Origin: an uncultured Armatimonadetes bacterium
GTDB taxonomy: Bacteria > Armatimonadota > UBA5829 > DTJY01
DNA length: 64,000 nucleotides
Reading direction: 5' to 3'
NCBI GenBank assembly: GCA_963717145.1
Contig: OY970325.1
Span: 4,416,001-4,480,000 of the forward strand
Shown here: positions 8,574 to 17,405 of the stretch, in pieces
Position numbering within the stretch: the first letter of the stretch is position 1
Layout: each line of letters starts with the position of its first letter
Program-made: the position numbers and the translations under genes
Notes under the pieces: model-generated
Databases searched by the model: none
Told to the model about the DNA's origin: nothing
The model's input: the letters and a program-made list of their open reading frames with translations, nothing else

Positions 8574-9353
8574 ATGGAACACGCGAACTACCCGATAGCA
8601 GTCCTGGAAGCCATCCTGGTCTTCCTCATACTGTACAAGATATTCTCCGCTCGGCGGGGCAGGCAGTTGTACATCCGCCGAATCCCGGGGCTCAACGCCA
8701 TCGACGAGGCCGTCGGTCGCGCGACCGAGATGGGCCGCCCGATCATGTTCTCTCCCGGGATCAACACCCTGAACCTGCCGACACTGCAGGCGCTCTCGAT
8801 CCTCCGGCACGTGACGGCGATTGCGGCCAAGTACCGGACGCGAGTCATCGTGCCGACCTGCGATTCGGTGGTCTACACGATCGCCGAGGAGATCAGCAAG
8901 GATGCCTACAACTCGGAGGGCAGGCCGGAGCAGTTCAATCCGGACGACATCAGGTACCTGTCGGATGACCAGTTCGCGTATGCCTCCGGGTGCGTAGGGA
9001 TACTGACCCGCGAGAAGGTCGCATCGAGCTTCATGTTCGGCGCATTCTTCGCCGAGGCGCTGATCCTTGCGGAGACCGGTCACAACGTCGGCGCGATGCA
9101 GGTTGCCGGCACGCCGAGTACGACGCAGATTCCGTTTTTCATCACATCGTGCGATTACACGATCATCGGCGATGAGTTCTACGCCGCGAGCGCCTACCTG
9201 AGCCGGGAGCCGACGCTTCTCGGAAGCCTCGTGGGCCAGGATTACGCAAAGGCGGTGTTGATCATCGTGGTCTTGCTGGGCATTGTGACCGCCTCGATTC
9301 CATGGGTGAGTCATCAGTTCCCGCATCTGCTTACGCTGTTCAGCGGATCTTGA
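8574..9353 (+). CDS. DUF6754-like membrane protein, copy 2
   Basis: Colinear, highly similar paralogue of 7697-8473. Confidence 0.82.
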   Translation: MEHANYPIAVLEAILVFLILYKIFSARRGRQLYIRRIPGLNAIDEAVGRATEMGRPIMFSPGINTLNLPTLQALSILRHVTAIAAKYRTRVIVPTCDSVVYTIAEEISKDAYNSEGRPEQFNPDDIRYLSDDQFAYASGCVGILTREKVASSFMFGAFFAEALILAETGHNVGAMQVAGTPSTTQIPFFITSCDYTIIGDEFYAASAYLSREPTLLGSLVGQDYAKAVLIIVVLLGIVTASIPWVSHQFPHLLTLFSGS

Positions 9354-9367
9354 CATGCGTGACTTCG

Positions 9368-9452
9368 TAACGACCTGTTGGGGATGGAGTTGGACTCCAT
9401 CCCCACTAGTCCCTGGGGGATGGAGTCCAACTCCATCCCCAACGGGTCGTTA
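9368..9452. repeat. Palindromic doublet, GGGGA(T/G)GGAGT family
   Basis: GTTGGGGATGGAGTTGGACTCCATCCCC...GGGGATGGAGTCCAACTCCATCCCCAAC. Confidence 0.85.
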
Positions 9453-9481
9453 GGATGCCGGGGGCGTTTTCGGAGGACTAG

Positions 9482-10297
9482 TTGTTTACACAATGGGTGG
9501 TGAAACCAGGCGCGCCCCAGTACTTGTGGCTGCTCGCCGTGCTGGGCGATTTCCTGATATTGGGCGGTGCGCTCTTCTTCCTGCTGAGGATGGTCCCGAG
9601 CAGGTTCAGGAAGACGCTCGTCGCCATAGTCACGTTCGCCGCGGGACTGATCTACTCCGTCGAGTTCTTCGTGCCGGTGCCTGCGGGCCGGGACGGCAAC
9701 TTCCTGACCAACTTCGCGCAGAAGACGGTCACGGACGTCGTGCTCGTGCTTTCGACATTCGCGCTCGGCCTCGGGATATACAGCCTGCTCCGATTCCACG
9801 GGCGCATTCTGGCTCGGCGGCGACCGGGATGGCACAACAGCTTCGCGCTGTACGTCGCCTTTTTCGCCATGCTGCTCACGGGCTTCTGGACTATGATGAG
9901 CAAGGCTCCTGCCGCCGAGAATACGTTCGATGCGCTCTTCCGCGGCATGGTCGCGGCCCCCGGCGCGACGATGTTCTCCATAATCGCATTCTATATCGTC
10001 TCTGCAGCCTACAGAGCCTTCCGCATCAGGTCCGCTGAGGCGACCCTCATGCTCGCGGCGGCGTTCGTAGTCATGCTCGGAAGCGTCCCGGTCGGCGAGT
10101 ATCTGACGAGCGGACTCCCGGCGACGGGCTTCTGGAGCAACCTCCGGATGGAGAACGTCAACCTCTGGATACTGAAGGAACCGAACATGGCGGCATGGCG
10201 CGGGATCTCCTTCGGCGTCGAGATCGGCGCGCTGGCGATGGCACTGCGCACCTGGTTGAGCCTCGAGCGGGGCAGTTTCTTCGAGAGAGAGTTGTAA
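9482..10297 (+). CDS. Multi-pass membrane protein of the DUF6754 cluster
   Basis: GGAGG RBS and TTG start; about 7 hydrophobic segments; 'ATMFSIIAFYIVSAAYRAFRIRS.EA' motif. Confidence 0.8.
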   Translation: MFTQWVVKPGAPQYLWLLAVLGDFLILGGALFFLLRMVPSRFRKTLVAIVTFAAGLIYSVEFFVPVPAGRDGNFLTNFAQKTVTDVVLVLSTFALGLGIYSLLRFHGRILARRRPGWHNSFALYVAFFAMLLTGFWTMMSKAPAAENTFDALFRGMVAAPGATMFSIIAFYIVSAAYRAFRIRSAEATLMLAAAFVVMLGSVPVGEYLTSGLPATGFWSNLRMENVNLWILKEPNMAAWRGISFGVEIGALAMALRTWLSLERGSFFEREL

Positions 10298-10298
10298 C

Positions 10299-11181
10299 GT
10301 GGAAAGACAGAACCGATCTACAACTGACCGCATCCTTACGGCCTTCGAGAGCCTCCAGCACATCGACCGGCGGATCATGTATGCCCTCCTGGCCATCGTT
10401 GTCGCTATTCCGCTGATTCCGGCACTAAACATAAGGCAGCCGCTCGTGGTCACATGGCCCGTCAAGGGCGCATACGACACGATCGAGAAGATGCCCGCCG
10501 ACAAGCTGGCGATCATCGACATACTCTGGGATTCCGGCACCATCGCCGAGAGCCGCCCGCAGACCGAGGCGATCATACGCCACCTCATGATCCGGAACAA
10601 GAAGTTCGCCATCGTCGCCTTCATGCCTCAGGGGAACAAACTCGCATACGACTCGGCCAAGAAGATCGGCAAGGAACTCGGCAAGGAGTACGGCAAGGAT
10701 TGGATCCACTGGGGATACAGGCCCGGCGGCGCGATGATCCAGTTCATGATGGGCATTGGACGAGACATCCCCGGCACAGTCAAGTCCGACATCGAGGGCA
10801 AGCCGGTCACGTCCTACCCGATCATGCAGGGCGTCAAGAGCATCAAGAACGGCGACGTAGGCGCGATAGTGGAGGTTACTCCTTCCGGCACTCTGGACTA
10901 CTGGATCGCGTTCGTCTACGGTCCGTATCGCACGCCGATCATCTACTGCCCGACCGCGGTGATGGCGCACGGAGGGGTACAACCCGCTCGACGCCGGTCA
11001 GATCACGGGCATGCTGACCGGCATGAAGGGTGCGGCCGAGTACGAGTCGCTACTCGGGCGCAGGGACTTCGCCACTCGGGCGACCGGCTCCTTGTCCACG
11101 TCTCATCTACTGATTATAGTCTTGATTATCATCGGCAACATCGGGTACATCAGTTCCCGACGCCGACGAAGCGAAGGTTAA
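10299..11181 (+). CDS. Membrane-anchored protein of the DUF6754 cluster (apparent +1 frameshift near 10969)
   Basis: After PTAVMA the +1 frame reads PEGYNPLDAGQITGMLTGMKGAAEYESLLG...SHLLIIVLIIIGNIGY...SEG* (TAA 11179-11181); the ORF track fuses it with the next gene. Confidence 0.78.
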
Positions 11182-11186
11182 CCAGT

Positions 11187-11870
11187 ATGCACACACTGAT
11201 GTCATGGCTGTCGAACAGCAGCATAACGGACGGCATAGCGCTCTGGCTCGCGGTGGGCGCGACGCTCGGGATCTACTCGATCCTGTATAAGGAGAACCCC
11301 GTCTACCGCCTCGTGGAGCATATCTACATCGGCGCGGCGGCCGGCTACTACTCCTACATCGGCTGGGCTCAGACGCTCAAGCCGCTGTGGTGGGATCGCA
11401 TCACGGCCGGACAGTGGCCCTGGATATTCGCCCTCATCGGCGGCTCGATGTTCTACTTCATCTACAGCCGGCGTCACGTATGGGTCAGCCGTATCATCTT
11501 CGGCGCGCTGCTCGGACTCGTTTCCGGCGCTGCCTTCAAGGGATTCGCGGGCCTGAACGTCGACCGGATCGAGGCGTCGTTCAAGCCGCTCTGGGGCTTG
11601 GGTGTGGAGTGGCCCCAAAGAATCAGCAACATCCTGGCGATGATCATCCTGTTGACCGTGATGATGTACTTCTTCTTCTCGTTCGAACACAAGACCCGCC
11701 TTCACCGAGCGCCGGCCAATCTGGGGCGCTGGTTCCTCATGTTCGCCTTCGGAGCGATGTTCGGCTCCACGGTCATGGCGCGCATGTCGCTTCTCATAGG
11801 CAGAGTCTTCTTTCTCATCTCCGAGTGGTACCCCGCCCTTCGTCACGTCTTCATGCGCATCGTGTACTAG
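11187..11870 (+). CDS. Multi-pass membrane protein of the DUF6754 cluster
   Basis: MHTLMSW...; YSILYKENPVYRLVEHIYIG and GRWFLMFAFGAMFGSTVMARMSLLIGR motifs. Confidence 0.8.
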   Translation: MHTLMSWLSNSSITDGIALWLAVGATLGIYSILYKENPVYRLVEHIYIGAAAGYYSYIGWAQTLKPLWWDRITAGQWPWIFALIGGSMFYFIYSRRHVWVSRIIFGALLGLVSGAAFKGFAGLNVDRIEASFKPLWGLGVEWPQRISNILAMIILLTVMMYFFFSFEHKTRLHRAPANLGRWFLMFAFGAMFGSTVMARMSLLIGRVFFLISEWYPALRHVFMRIVY

Positions 11871-11891
11871 ACGACATGGAGTGCGGAACGT

Positions 11892-11972
11892 GCCCTCACC
11901 CCCGACCCCTCTCCCAGAGGGCGAGGGGAGTGTCCCCCATCGCCCTCTGGGAGAGGGGTCGGGGGTGAGGGC
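11892..11972. repeat. CCCTCACCCC-type palindromic repeat
   Basis: GCCCTCACCCCCGACCCCTCTCCCAGAGGGCGA...TCGCCCTCTGGGAGAGGGGTCGGGGGTGAGGGC. Confidence 0.85.
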
Positions 11973-12010
11973 CGCGTTTCATCCCTCCTTCCGCGCATCC
12001 TCCCCGACAC

Positions 12011-12037
12011 GTTTGGCGGCGCCCGCCAACATGGTAC
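12011..12037 (+). promoter_or_regulatory. Putative SigB/SigF-type promoter
   Basis: GTTTGG-15 nt-TGGTAC. Confidence 0.4.
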
Positions 12038-12102
12038 ATAACTCCTGATTCTCAAGAACGGGGTCGGCTGCCGTGTGCGGCCACCCCAAGAAGGAGTTAC
12101 CG

Positions 12103-12456
12103 ATGACAACACAACAGATACCGAGAAACGAGTGGATAACCTACCTTACCACCTTTAGCGCCAACAACCAGACCAGGCCGGTGAACATCGATCTGGAGAG
12201 CAACGAACTCGGCCCGCAGCGGTTGGTGGAGGGCAAGCCTTTCATCGCGGCCGAGGCCGACACTGAGGGGAAAGAGAACGTGATCACGCTGATCGCGGGA
12301 GATCCCGAAGGCGGGGAGCCGGAAGCGCTGACACATGAGGTCGTCGATCCGAACGCGGTGTGGGTCAAGGCGGATGACGAGGGTCACGTCGAGGCCCTGG
12401 ACATCGAGAGCCCGGACGGCAGGACGATCATCCAGTTCATCAGCCGCGCGGCCTAG
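12103..12456 (+). CDS. DUF5335-like protein
   Basis: AAGGAG RBS; 'IPRNEW..YL..FS', 'LTHEV.DP..VWV', 'ALDIESPDG.TIIQF' pattern. Confidence 0.7.
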   Translation: MTTQQIPRNEWITYLTTFSANNQTRPVNIDLESNELGPQRLVEGKPFIAAEADTEGKENVITLIAGDPEGGEPEALTHEVVDPNAVWVKADDEGHVEALDIESPDGRTIIQFISRAA

Positions 12457-12467
12457 TCGCCCGGAAC

Positions 12468-12534
12468 CGTAGTGGCCGTGCCTCAGCGCCGGCCAGCGGC
12501 GACAGGAGGCCGGCACTGAGGCACGGCCACTACG
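12468..12534. repeat. GTAGTGGCCGTGCCTC REP doublet
   Basis: Inverted arms; further copies at 18389-18487 and 35875-35940. Confidence 0.9.
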
Positions 12535-12555
12535 CGCCGCACGAGGAACAAGACC

Positions 12556-12999
12556 ATGAGAAACCCTGAGGATCGTCTGCACAAGGACTATGACGTCGTC
12601 GAGAACCTCGGCGATCTGATCGCGGCCAGGGAGGAGCGCGATTCGGCCATCGCCGATGATGTCGATGCGATGGAGGACATCGACTTGGATCACCTGGAGA
12701 TCGATCCGGAGAAAGAGCTGACCTACCCTCACAAGCACGGGCCTTCTGAGGATCACAAGCTCGGACTCGATGTCGAACTGATGGATACACCCGATCAACG
12801 GGACATGGGGGTCGACTGGCAGGATTCGGCCGAGGCGATGCTCCTCACCGATCCCGACCCGAACGAAGGGATGGGCGACGAAACCGTCATCGAGAGCTAC
12901 TCGTTCGTGCTGCCTGACGACGTGCTCGATCTCGAGCCCGCCGAAGGGAGCGTCGGAACCAACACGACCGCCACTCCCCCGGATTACGAGGAAACCTAG
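12556..12999 (+). CDS. Highly acidic hypothetical protein
   Basis: GAGGA RBS; D/E-rich 147 aa, followed by terminator. Confidence 0.7.
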   Translation: MRNPEDRLHKDYDVVENLGDLIAAREERDSAIADDVDAMEDIDLDHLEIDPEKELTYPHKHGPSEDHKLGLDVELMDTPDQRDMGVDWQDSAEAMLLTDPDPNEGMGDETVIESYSFVLPDDVLDLEPAEGSVGTNTTATPPDYEET

Positions 13000-13038
13000 G
13001 TCGGCCTGAGTCGACATTTGGACGGACGTTTCTGACAC

Positions 13039-13066
13039 GGACGGCGGTATCCACCGCCGTCCTTTT
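13039..13066 (+). terminator. Intrinsic terminator
   Basis: GGACGGCGGT-ATCC-ACCGCCGTCC-TTTT. Confidence 0.75.
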
Positions 13067-13148
13067 CCATGCCCCTGTCACATTCCTCGCTACGCTCGCG
13101 ATCCAGTTGATGCGTCAGGGCATTTACGAGATCTTCAGGCCTTAGAGT

Positions 13149-13174
13149 GTTTCGGCTTGCTGTCCAAGGGGTAT
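13149..13174 (+). promoter_or_regulatory. Putative SigB/SigF-type promoter
   Basis: GTTTCG-14 nt-GGGTAT. Confidence 0.6.
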
Positions 13175-13278
13175 AGGGGTAACGGCCTACAACGTCTTCT
13201 GGACCACGCCAGGAGTGGCGTGAAATCCAGAGGAGGCAGTGGGTAGCACAGGCGCGCGGAAACCTGCACCTGTAATCC

Positions 13279-14234
13279 CAAATGTCGTTCCAGCACTAAT
13301 GGCGTCAATGCACAAAATCGGAATCGTTACGTCGAGCATCGATAGGGACTGGACCAGCCAGCAATTGCTGGGCGCCGCGCAGGAGTTATGCGCCGGTGGC
13401 GTCGTGGACCCAATGGGATTTGACCTCTCCGTTGACGGCCACTGCTCGATACGCATGCATGGCCAATCGCTGGATGACTATTCAGCCTACATCGTTCGCG
13501 GTCTCAACAGGCGTGGCGAGATCGACTACCAATACGAGATACTCGAGCTTCTGCTGAGCCAGGGGAAGCTCGTGATCAACACTCCGATGGGCCTTTCCAC
13601 CGCCGAGAGCAAGCCGCTCACTACGTATCGGCTCAGGGAGGCCGGCCTTCCCGTTCCCCGCACCGCCGTCACCCAGGATGTCGATGAGGCCAGGCGAATT
13701 GTCGCCGAGTTCGGGACCTGTGTTCTCAAACCGCTTTACGGCTCATATGGGATCGGGATCGAGCTTATCACTCCGGACACGCCCCCCGAGATACTCTTGG
13801 AGTTCATGCAGCACAACCGAGTCGCGTACATACAGGATTACGTTCCAAACGATGGGCAAGATATCCGCGCGTTTGTTGTGGGGGACGACGTGCCGGCCGC
13901 GATGCACAGGTTCGCCGCTGAAGGCGAGTGGAAGACCAACGTGCATCAGGGCGCCAGTTGCCGGCCGTGTGAACTGACGCCGGAGATGCACGAGATATGC
14001 CTGGAGGCAGCGCGTGTAGCGGGTCTGGACTACACGGGTGTCGATCTCATCGACGGCCCGGATGGGCCGACGATCATCGAGCTGAACGGGGCGCCTTCAT
14101 GGTATGGCCTGTCTGAGACTACGGATCGCAACATGGCTGCTGACATCGTAGGATATGTGCTGGATAAGCTCGCGAGCGGGCAGCCTGCGAGGCAGCCTGT
14201 CGCGTCTCAGTGTGCTGCTGCGTATGCCCTTTGA
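13279..14234 (+). CDS. RimK/LysX/CofF-family ATP-grasp amino-acid ligase (start uncertain, 13239-13288)
   Basis: VLKPLYGSYGIG, YIQDYV, DIRAFVVG, WKTNVHQG, GVDLI, ELNGAP motifs. Confidence 0.88.
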
Positions 14235-14303
14235 TGCCATCCGAGCTATGGCCGGGAAGGATAGAGGTGAGTTTCAAGAGGGGCAATATTATGCTGACAG
14301 GAT

Positions 14304-14329
14304 GTTTGGCAGGTTTGGCAAATGGTTAT
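14304..14329 (+). promoter_or_regulatory. Putative SigB/SigF-type promoter of the KGG array
   Basis: GTTTGG-14 nt-GGTTAT, 25 nt before ATG 14355. Confidence 0.55.
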
Positions 14330-14354
14330 AACGCGATTGAGGAGGTGAACCTCC

Positions 14355-14606
14355 ATGCGTGGGGAAGAAAAGGGCGAAATGACTGTCAGCGAGGCCGGGC
14401 GCAGAGGCGGCGAGAAGACCGCAGAGACCCATGGCCATGAGTTCTACGAGGAGATCGGTCACAAAGGTGGCGAGGCAGGTGGCCAGAAGGGTGGCGAGGC
14501 CACCAAAGAGAAGTATGGCCACGAGTTCTACGAGGAGATTGGTCACAAGGGTGGCCAGAAGGTTAGAGAGTTGATCAAACAGGGCAAGAAATCCAAGGGC
14601 GACTAA
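14355..14606 (+). CDS. KGG/GsiB-like general stress protein 1
   Basis: GGAGGTGA RBS; MTVSEAGRRGG + two GHEFYEEIGHKGG repeats. Confidence 0.9.
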   Translation: MRGEEKGEMTVSEAGRRGGEKTAETHGHEFYEEIGHKGGEAGGQKGGEATKEKYGHEFYEEIGHKGGQKVRELIKQGKKSKGD

Positions 14607-14702
14607 GATTGTGATCGGGTCGCTGCCCGAGTCAATATTGCATACCAAACGAACCTGCGGCCCAATCCGCGTTTGGGCCGAAATGACTAGGAGGTGAGAT
14701 GA

Positions 14703-14870
14703 ATGGTCAAGGAGAAGAAGGGCGGAATGACCGTAAGTGAAGCTGGGCGCAAGGGTGGTGAGACCACCAGCGAGAAGTACGGTCATGAGTTCTACGAAGA
14801 GATCGGCCACAAGGGCGGCCAGAAGGTCAAGAGGCTGATCGAAGAGGGCAAGAAGGCTGCTAAGAAGTAG
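14703..14870 (+). CDS. KGG/GsiB-like general stress protein 2 (55 aa, absent from ORF track)
   Basis: GGAGGTGA RBS; MVKEKKGGMTVSEAGRKGGETTSEKYGHEFYEEIGHKGGQKVKRLIEEGKKAAKK. Confidence 0.9.
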   Translation: MVKEKKGGMTVSEAGRKGGETTSEKYGHEFYEEIGHKGGQKVKRLIEEGKKAAKK

Positions 14871-14963
14871 TTTGACTGCGACCCTAAGAACATCAGGATG
14901 AGACAACACGCCCATCATGGGCAGTTCCATAGAGCCTTCCACATTACACAGGAGGTGAATGAG

Positions 14964-15194
14964 ATGGCCGAGGAAAACAAGGGTGGTATGACGGTAAGCG
15001 AGGCCGGGAGAAGGGGTGGAAAGCGCACCTCACAGACTCACGGTCATGACTTCTACGAAGCGATCGGTAAGAAGGGTGGGGAGACCACGAGTGAGAAATA
15101 TGGTACTCCCTTCTACGAGGAGATTGGCCACAAGGGTGGTCAGAAGGTCCGAGAGCTGATCGAAGAAGGCAAGAAGGCAACCGGCGAGAAATGA
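14964..15194 (+). CDS. KGG/GsiB-like general stress protein 3
   Basis: GGAGGTGA RBS; MAEENKGGMTVSEAGRRGG..., two repeats. Confidence 0.9.
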   Translation: MAEENKGGMTVSEAGRRGGKRTSQTHGHDFYEAIGKKGGETTSEKYGTPFYEEIGHKGGQKVRELIEEGKKATGEK

Positions 15195-15322
15195 CCGGAA
15201 GCTAGATGATCCCCCCTCCCCATCTCCCCCAACAAGGGATGGCGAGGGGGGATCGTTCGATCATGTGCTTGGTGGGCGACTTCTCAAGTGTCCGCACGGC
15301 GCGCTGTTGAAGGTGGACGAGG

Positions 15323-15562
15323 ATGGCAGGCCAACGCAAAGGCGATATGACTGTGAGCGAGGCGGGACGCAGAGGCGGCGCGAAGACCTCGGAAACCCAC
15401 AGCCATGAGTTTTGCGAAGAGATGGGCAAGATGGGTGGACATAAGGGTGGCGAGACCACATCAGAGCGCTATGGACAAGGATTCTACGAAGAAATCGGCC
15501 ACAAGGGCGGTCAGAGGGTTAAGCATTTGGTTGAAGAGGGTAAAAGAATAGAGAGAGAGTAG
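15323..15562 (+). CDS. KGG/GsiB-like general stress protein 4
   Basis: MTVSEAGRRGG..., two repeats (first degenerate). Confidence 0.88.
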   Translation: MAGQRKGDMTVSEAGRRGGAKTSETHSHEFCEEMGKMGGHKGGETTSERYGQGFYEEIGHKGGQRVKHLVEEGKRIERE

Positions 15563-15790
15563 CTTTCGGCAGGCAGTCGTCCGACCGAAGGAGTAAGGCG
15601 GCGGCACGAAAAAGCAGAGCCGCACGCGGAGATCATTGAGGAAGGTAACAGAGCCATAGATATCCGGCTCCGGAAGCCCCTCGAAAGTAGGACTTGCGGG
15701 TGATGGTATCTGAGGCTCATCACATAGAGGCTTCGGAAGGAATCCGAAGCATGGACATAAGTCGGTAATGAATGAAAGGAAGTGTTCCCG

Positions 15791-16072
15791 ATGGCCAAAG
15801 AGAAAAAAGGTGCAATGACCGTTAGCGAAGCAGGCAAGAGAGGTGGCGAGACCACCAGCGAGCGCTACGGCCATGGGTTCTATGAAGAGATAGGTAAGAA
15901 GGGTGGCAAGACCACTAGCCAGCGCTATGGCTCGCCCTTCTATGAAGAGATCGGCGCCAAGGGTGGCCAGACGACCAGTTCGAAGTATGGCCACGAGTTC
16001 TACGAAGAAATCGGCCACAAGGGTGGTCAGAAGGTCAAGGAACTCATCGAGAGAGGGAAGGCCGGAACCTAG
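15791..16072 (+). CDS. KGG/GsiB-like general stress protein 5
   Basis: AAGGA RBS; three FYEEIG.KGG repeats. Confidence 0.9.
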   Translation: MAKEKKGAMTVSEAGKRGGETTSERYGHGFYEEIGKKGGKTTSQRYGSPFYEEIGAKGGQTTSSKYGHEFYEEIGHKGGQKVKELIERGKAGT

Positions 16073-16095
16073 GCTTTCCGCTTGGCTCTAGCTCG

Positions 16096-16130
16096 AACGG
16101 CATCCCGGGTATCCGGGATGCCGTTTTGTT
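16096..16130 (+). terminator. Intrinsic terminator closing the KGG array
   Basis: AACGGCATCCCGG-GTAT-CCGGGATGCCGTT-TTGTT. Confidence 0.8.
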
Positions 16131-16144
16131 CTATACTCAGAACA

Positions 16145-16237
16145 CATCCAATCGCGTTGGGGAGGGAGTTGGACTCCCTCCCCGCCAACTGAGTTACCGG
16201 GGAGGGAGTCCAACTCCCTCCCCAACGCGATTGGATG
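16145..16237. repeat. GGGGAGGGAGT-family palindrome overlapping the 3' end of the next gene
   Basis: CATCCAATCGCGTTGGGGAGGGAGTTGGACTCCCTCCCC...GGGGAGGGAGTCCAACTCCCTCCCCAACGCGATTGGATG. Confidence 0.9.
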
Positions 16238-17297
16238 CGTTCCTTCGTATTTGCTCGATGTGCTCCTCGCTGACGGCCCTCTCGAAACTGCGGAAACCCG
16301 CGAGCTTGAACCCATGCTTATCGGCCAATGCGGAAATCTCGCGCACCTGCTCGACGCTCACATCCTTGCCGAGCGTGAAGCTCTCATAGCGGCCCTCCAG
16401 TGCGAGTATCATCGTCTCGGACATGCAGGCATAGGCGGTCTTGGGCGGAAATCCGAAGTTGAAGCCGAAATCCACGTCGCCCGGAACAGCGACCACGCCC
16501 CCTTCGATCACGAGCACATCATCGCGCTCCTTTGTCACCCGCCAGGAGACGTCCCGGGGGCGGGCGACATCACAAACGACCGCTCCTGACTTGATGTCGC
16601 TGGGATGGATGATCGCGTGTACAGCGCTCGTGACCGTGATCACGATATCGGCTTCCCGTATTCCTGTGGGAACGTCAGTGCAGACTTTCGGCGTCTTGTC
16701 GGTCTCGCCGGTGATCTCGGTGGCGACCTTGTTGATCGGCTCGAGACTTCTGTCGACGAGTGTCATCTCAGCGACCTGGGGAGCGAGTATCCGCGCGCAA
16801 GTTCGTCCGATCGATCCGCCCGCGCCCACGACCGCTGCTCTGGCCCGCGCCGGATCGATGCCCATCAGTTCCGCGGCCTTGATCGTCCCCTGGAGTGCGG
16901 TGGCGACCGTGTAGCTGTTCCCGGTGGTCACGGCGATTCCGAGGTTCTTGGCGATGGTGATTCCGCCGTCGCCGGCGACCGATGTGAACGCTCCGAGTCC
17001 GACGATCTTCGCCCCGTGCTCCTCTGCGAGACGCCCGGCCGCGATGATCTTTTCATACACCTGATCGACCGGCAGACCGACCAACTGCCTCGATGTAAGC
17101 GGGCAGCCGACGAACCAGCCCTCGGCCTCCGGCCCCGCGATCGATCTTACGCCCGTGATGTGTGAGATATCCATCGGGCCCTTGTGCTTGAGTCCCCATT
17201 CGACCCACCGCTCCGGGAGGTATTTGACAAACGGATACTTCCGAGCGACATCAGCCTTGGCCTGCAGGGGGTGTATTATGAAACCAAACTTTTCCAA
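16194..17297 (-). CDS. COG5322-type Rossmann oxidoreductase (shikimate-dehydrogenase/acyl-ACP-reductase-like)
   Basis: FGFIIHPL, IVGLGAFTS, TTGNSYT, VVGAGGSIG, DVARPRDV, AYACMSET motifs. Confidence 0.8.
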   Translation of the reverse strand: MEKFGFIIHPLQAKADVARKYPFVKYLPERWVEWGLKHKGPMDISHITGVRSIAGPEAEGWFVGCPLTSRQLVGLPVDQVYEKIIAAGRLAEEHGAKIVGLGAFTSVAGDGGITIAKNLGIAVTTGNSYTVATALQGTIKAAELMGIDPARARAAVVGAGGSIGRTCARILAPQVAEMTLVDRSLEPINKVATEITGETDKTPKVCTDVPTGIREADIVITVTSAVHAIIHPSDIKSGAVVCDVARPRDVSWRVTKERDDVLVIEGGVVAVPGDVDFGFNFGFPPKTAYACMSETMILALEGRYESFTLGKDVSVEQVREISALADKHGFKLAGFRSFERAVSEEHIEQIRRNASNRVGEGVGLPPR

Positions 17298-17345
17298 TGT
17301 GTGTTGTCCTGCGCTGTATCTCCGTCGGGCGGCACGTGGATGCCG

Positions 17346-17405
17346 CCGTAGGGGAGGCCTTCAACGGCCTCCCGTCGGGCGGGCATGGAAGCGCCGCCCC
17401 TACGG
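17346..17405. repeat. GTAG-type REP doublet providing the dusB stop codon
   Basis: CCGTAGGGGAGGCCTTCAACGGCCTCCC...GCCCCTACGG. Confidence 0.85.

Noticed and set aside
10299-11870. 523-aa fusion protein from the ORF track
   Set aside because: The middle section is off-frame; two separate genes are recovered by removing one base near 10969.
14289-16018. Hydrophobic minus-strand ORFs (14289-14942, 15461-16018)
   Set aside because: Antisense shadows of the K/E/G-rich KGG genes.
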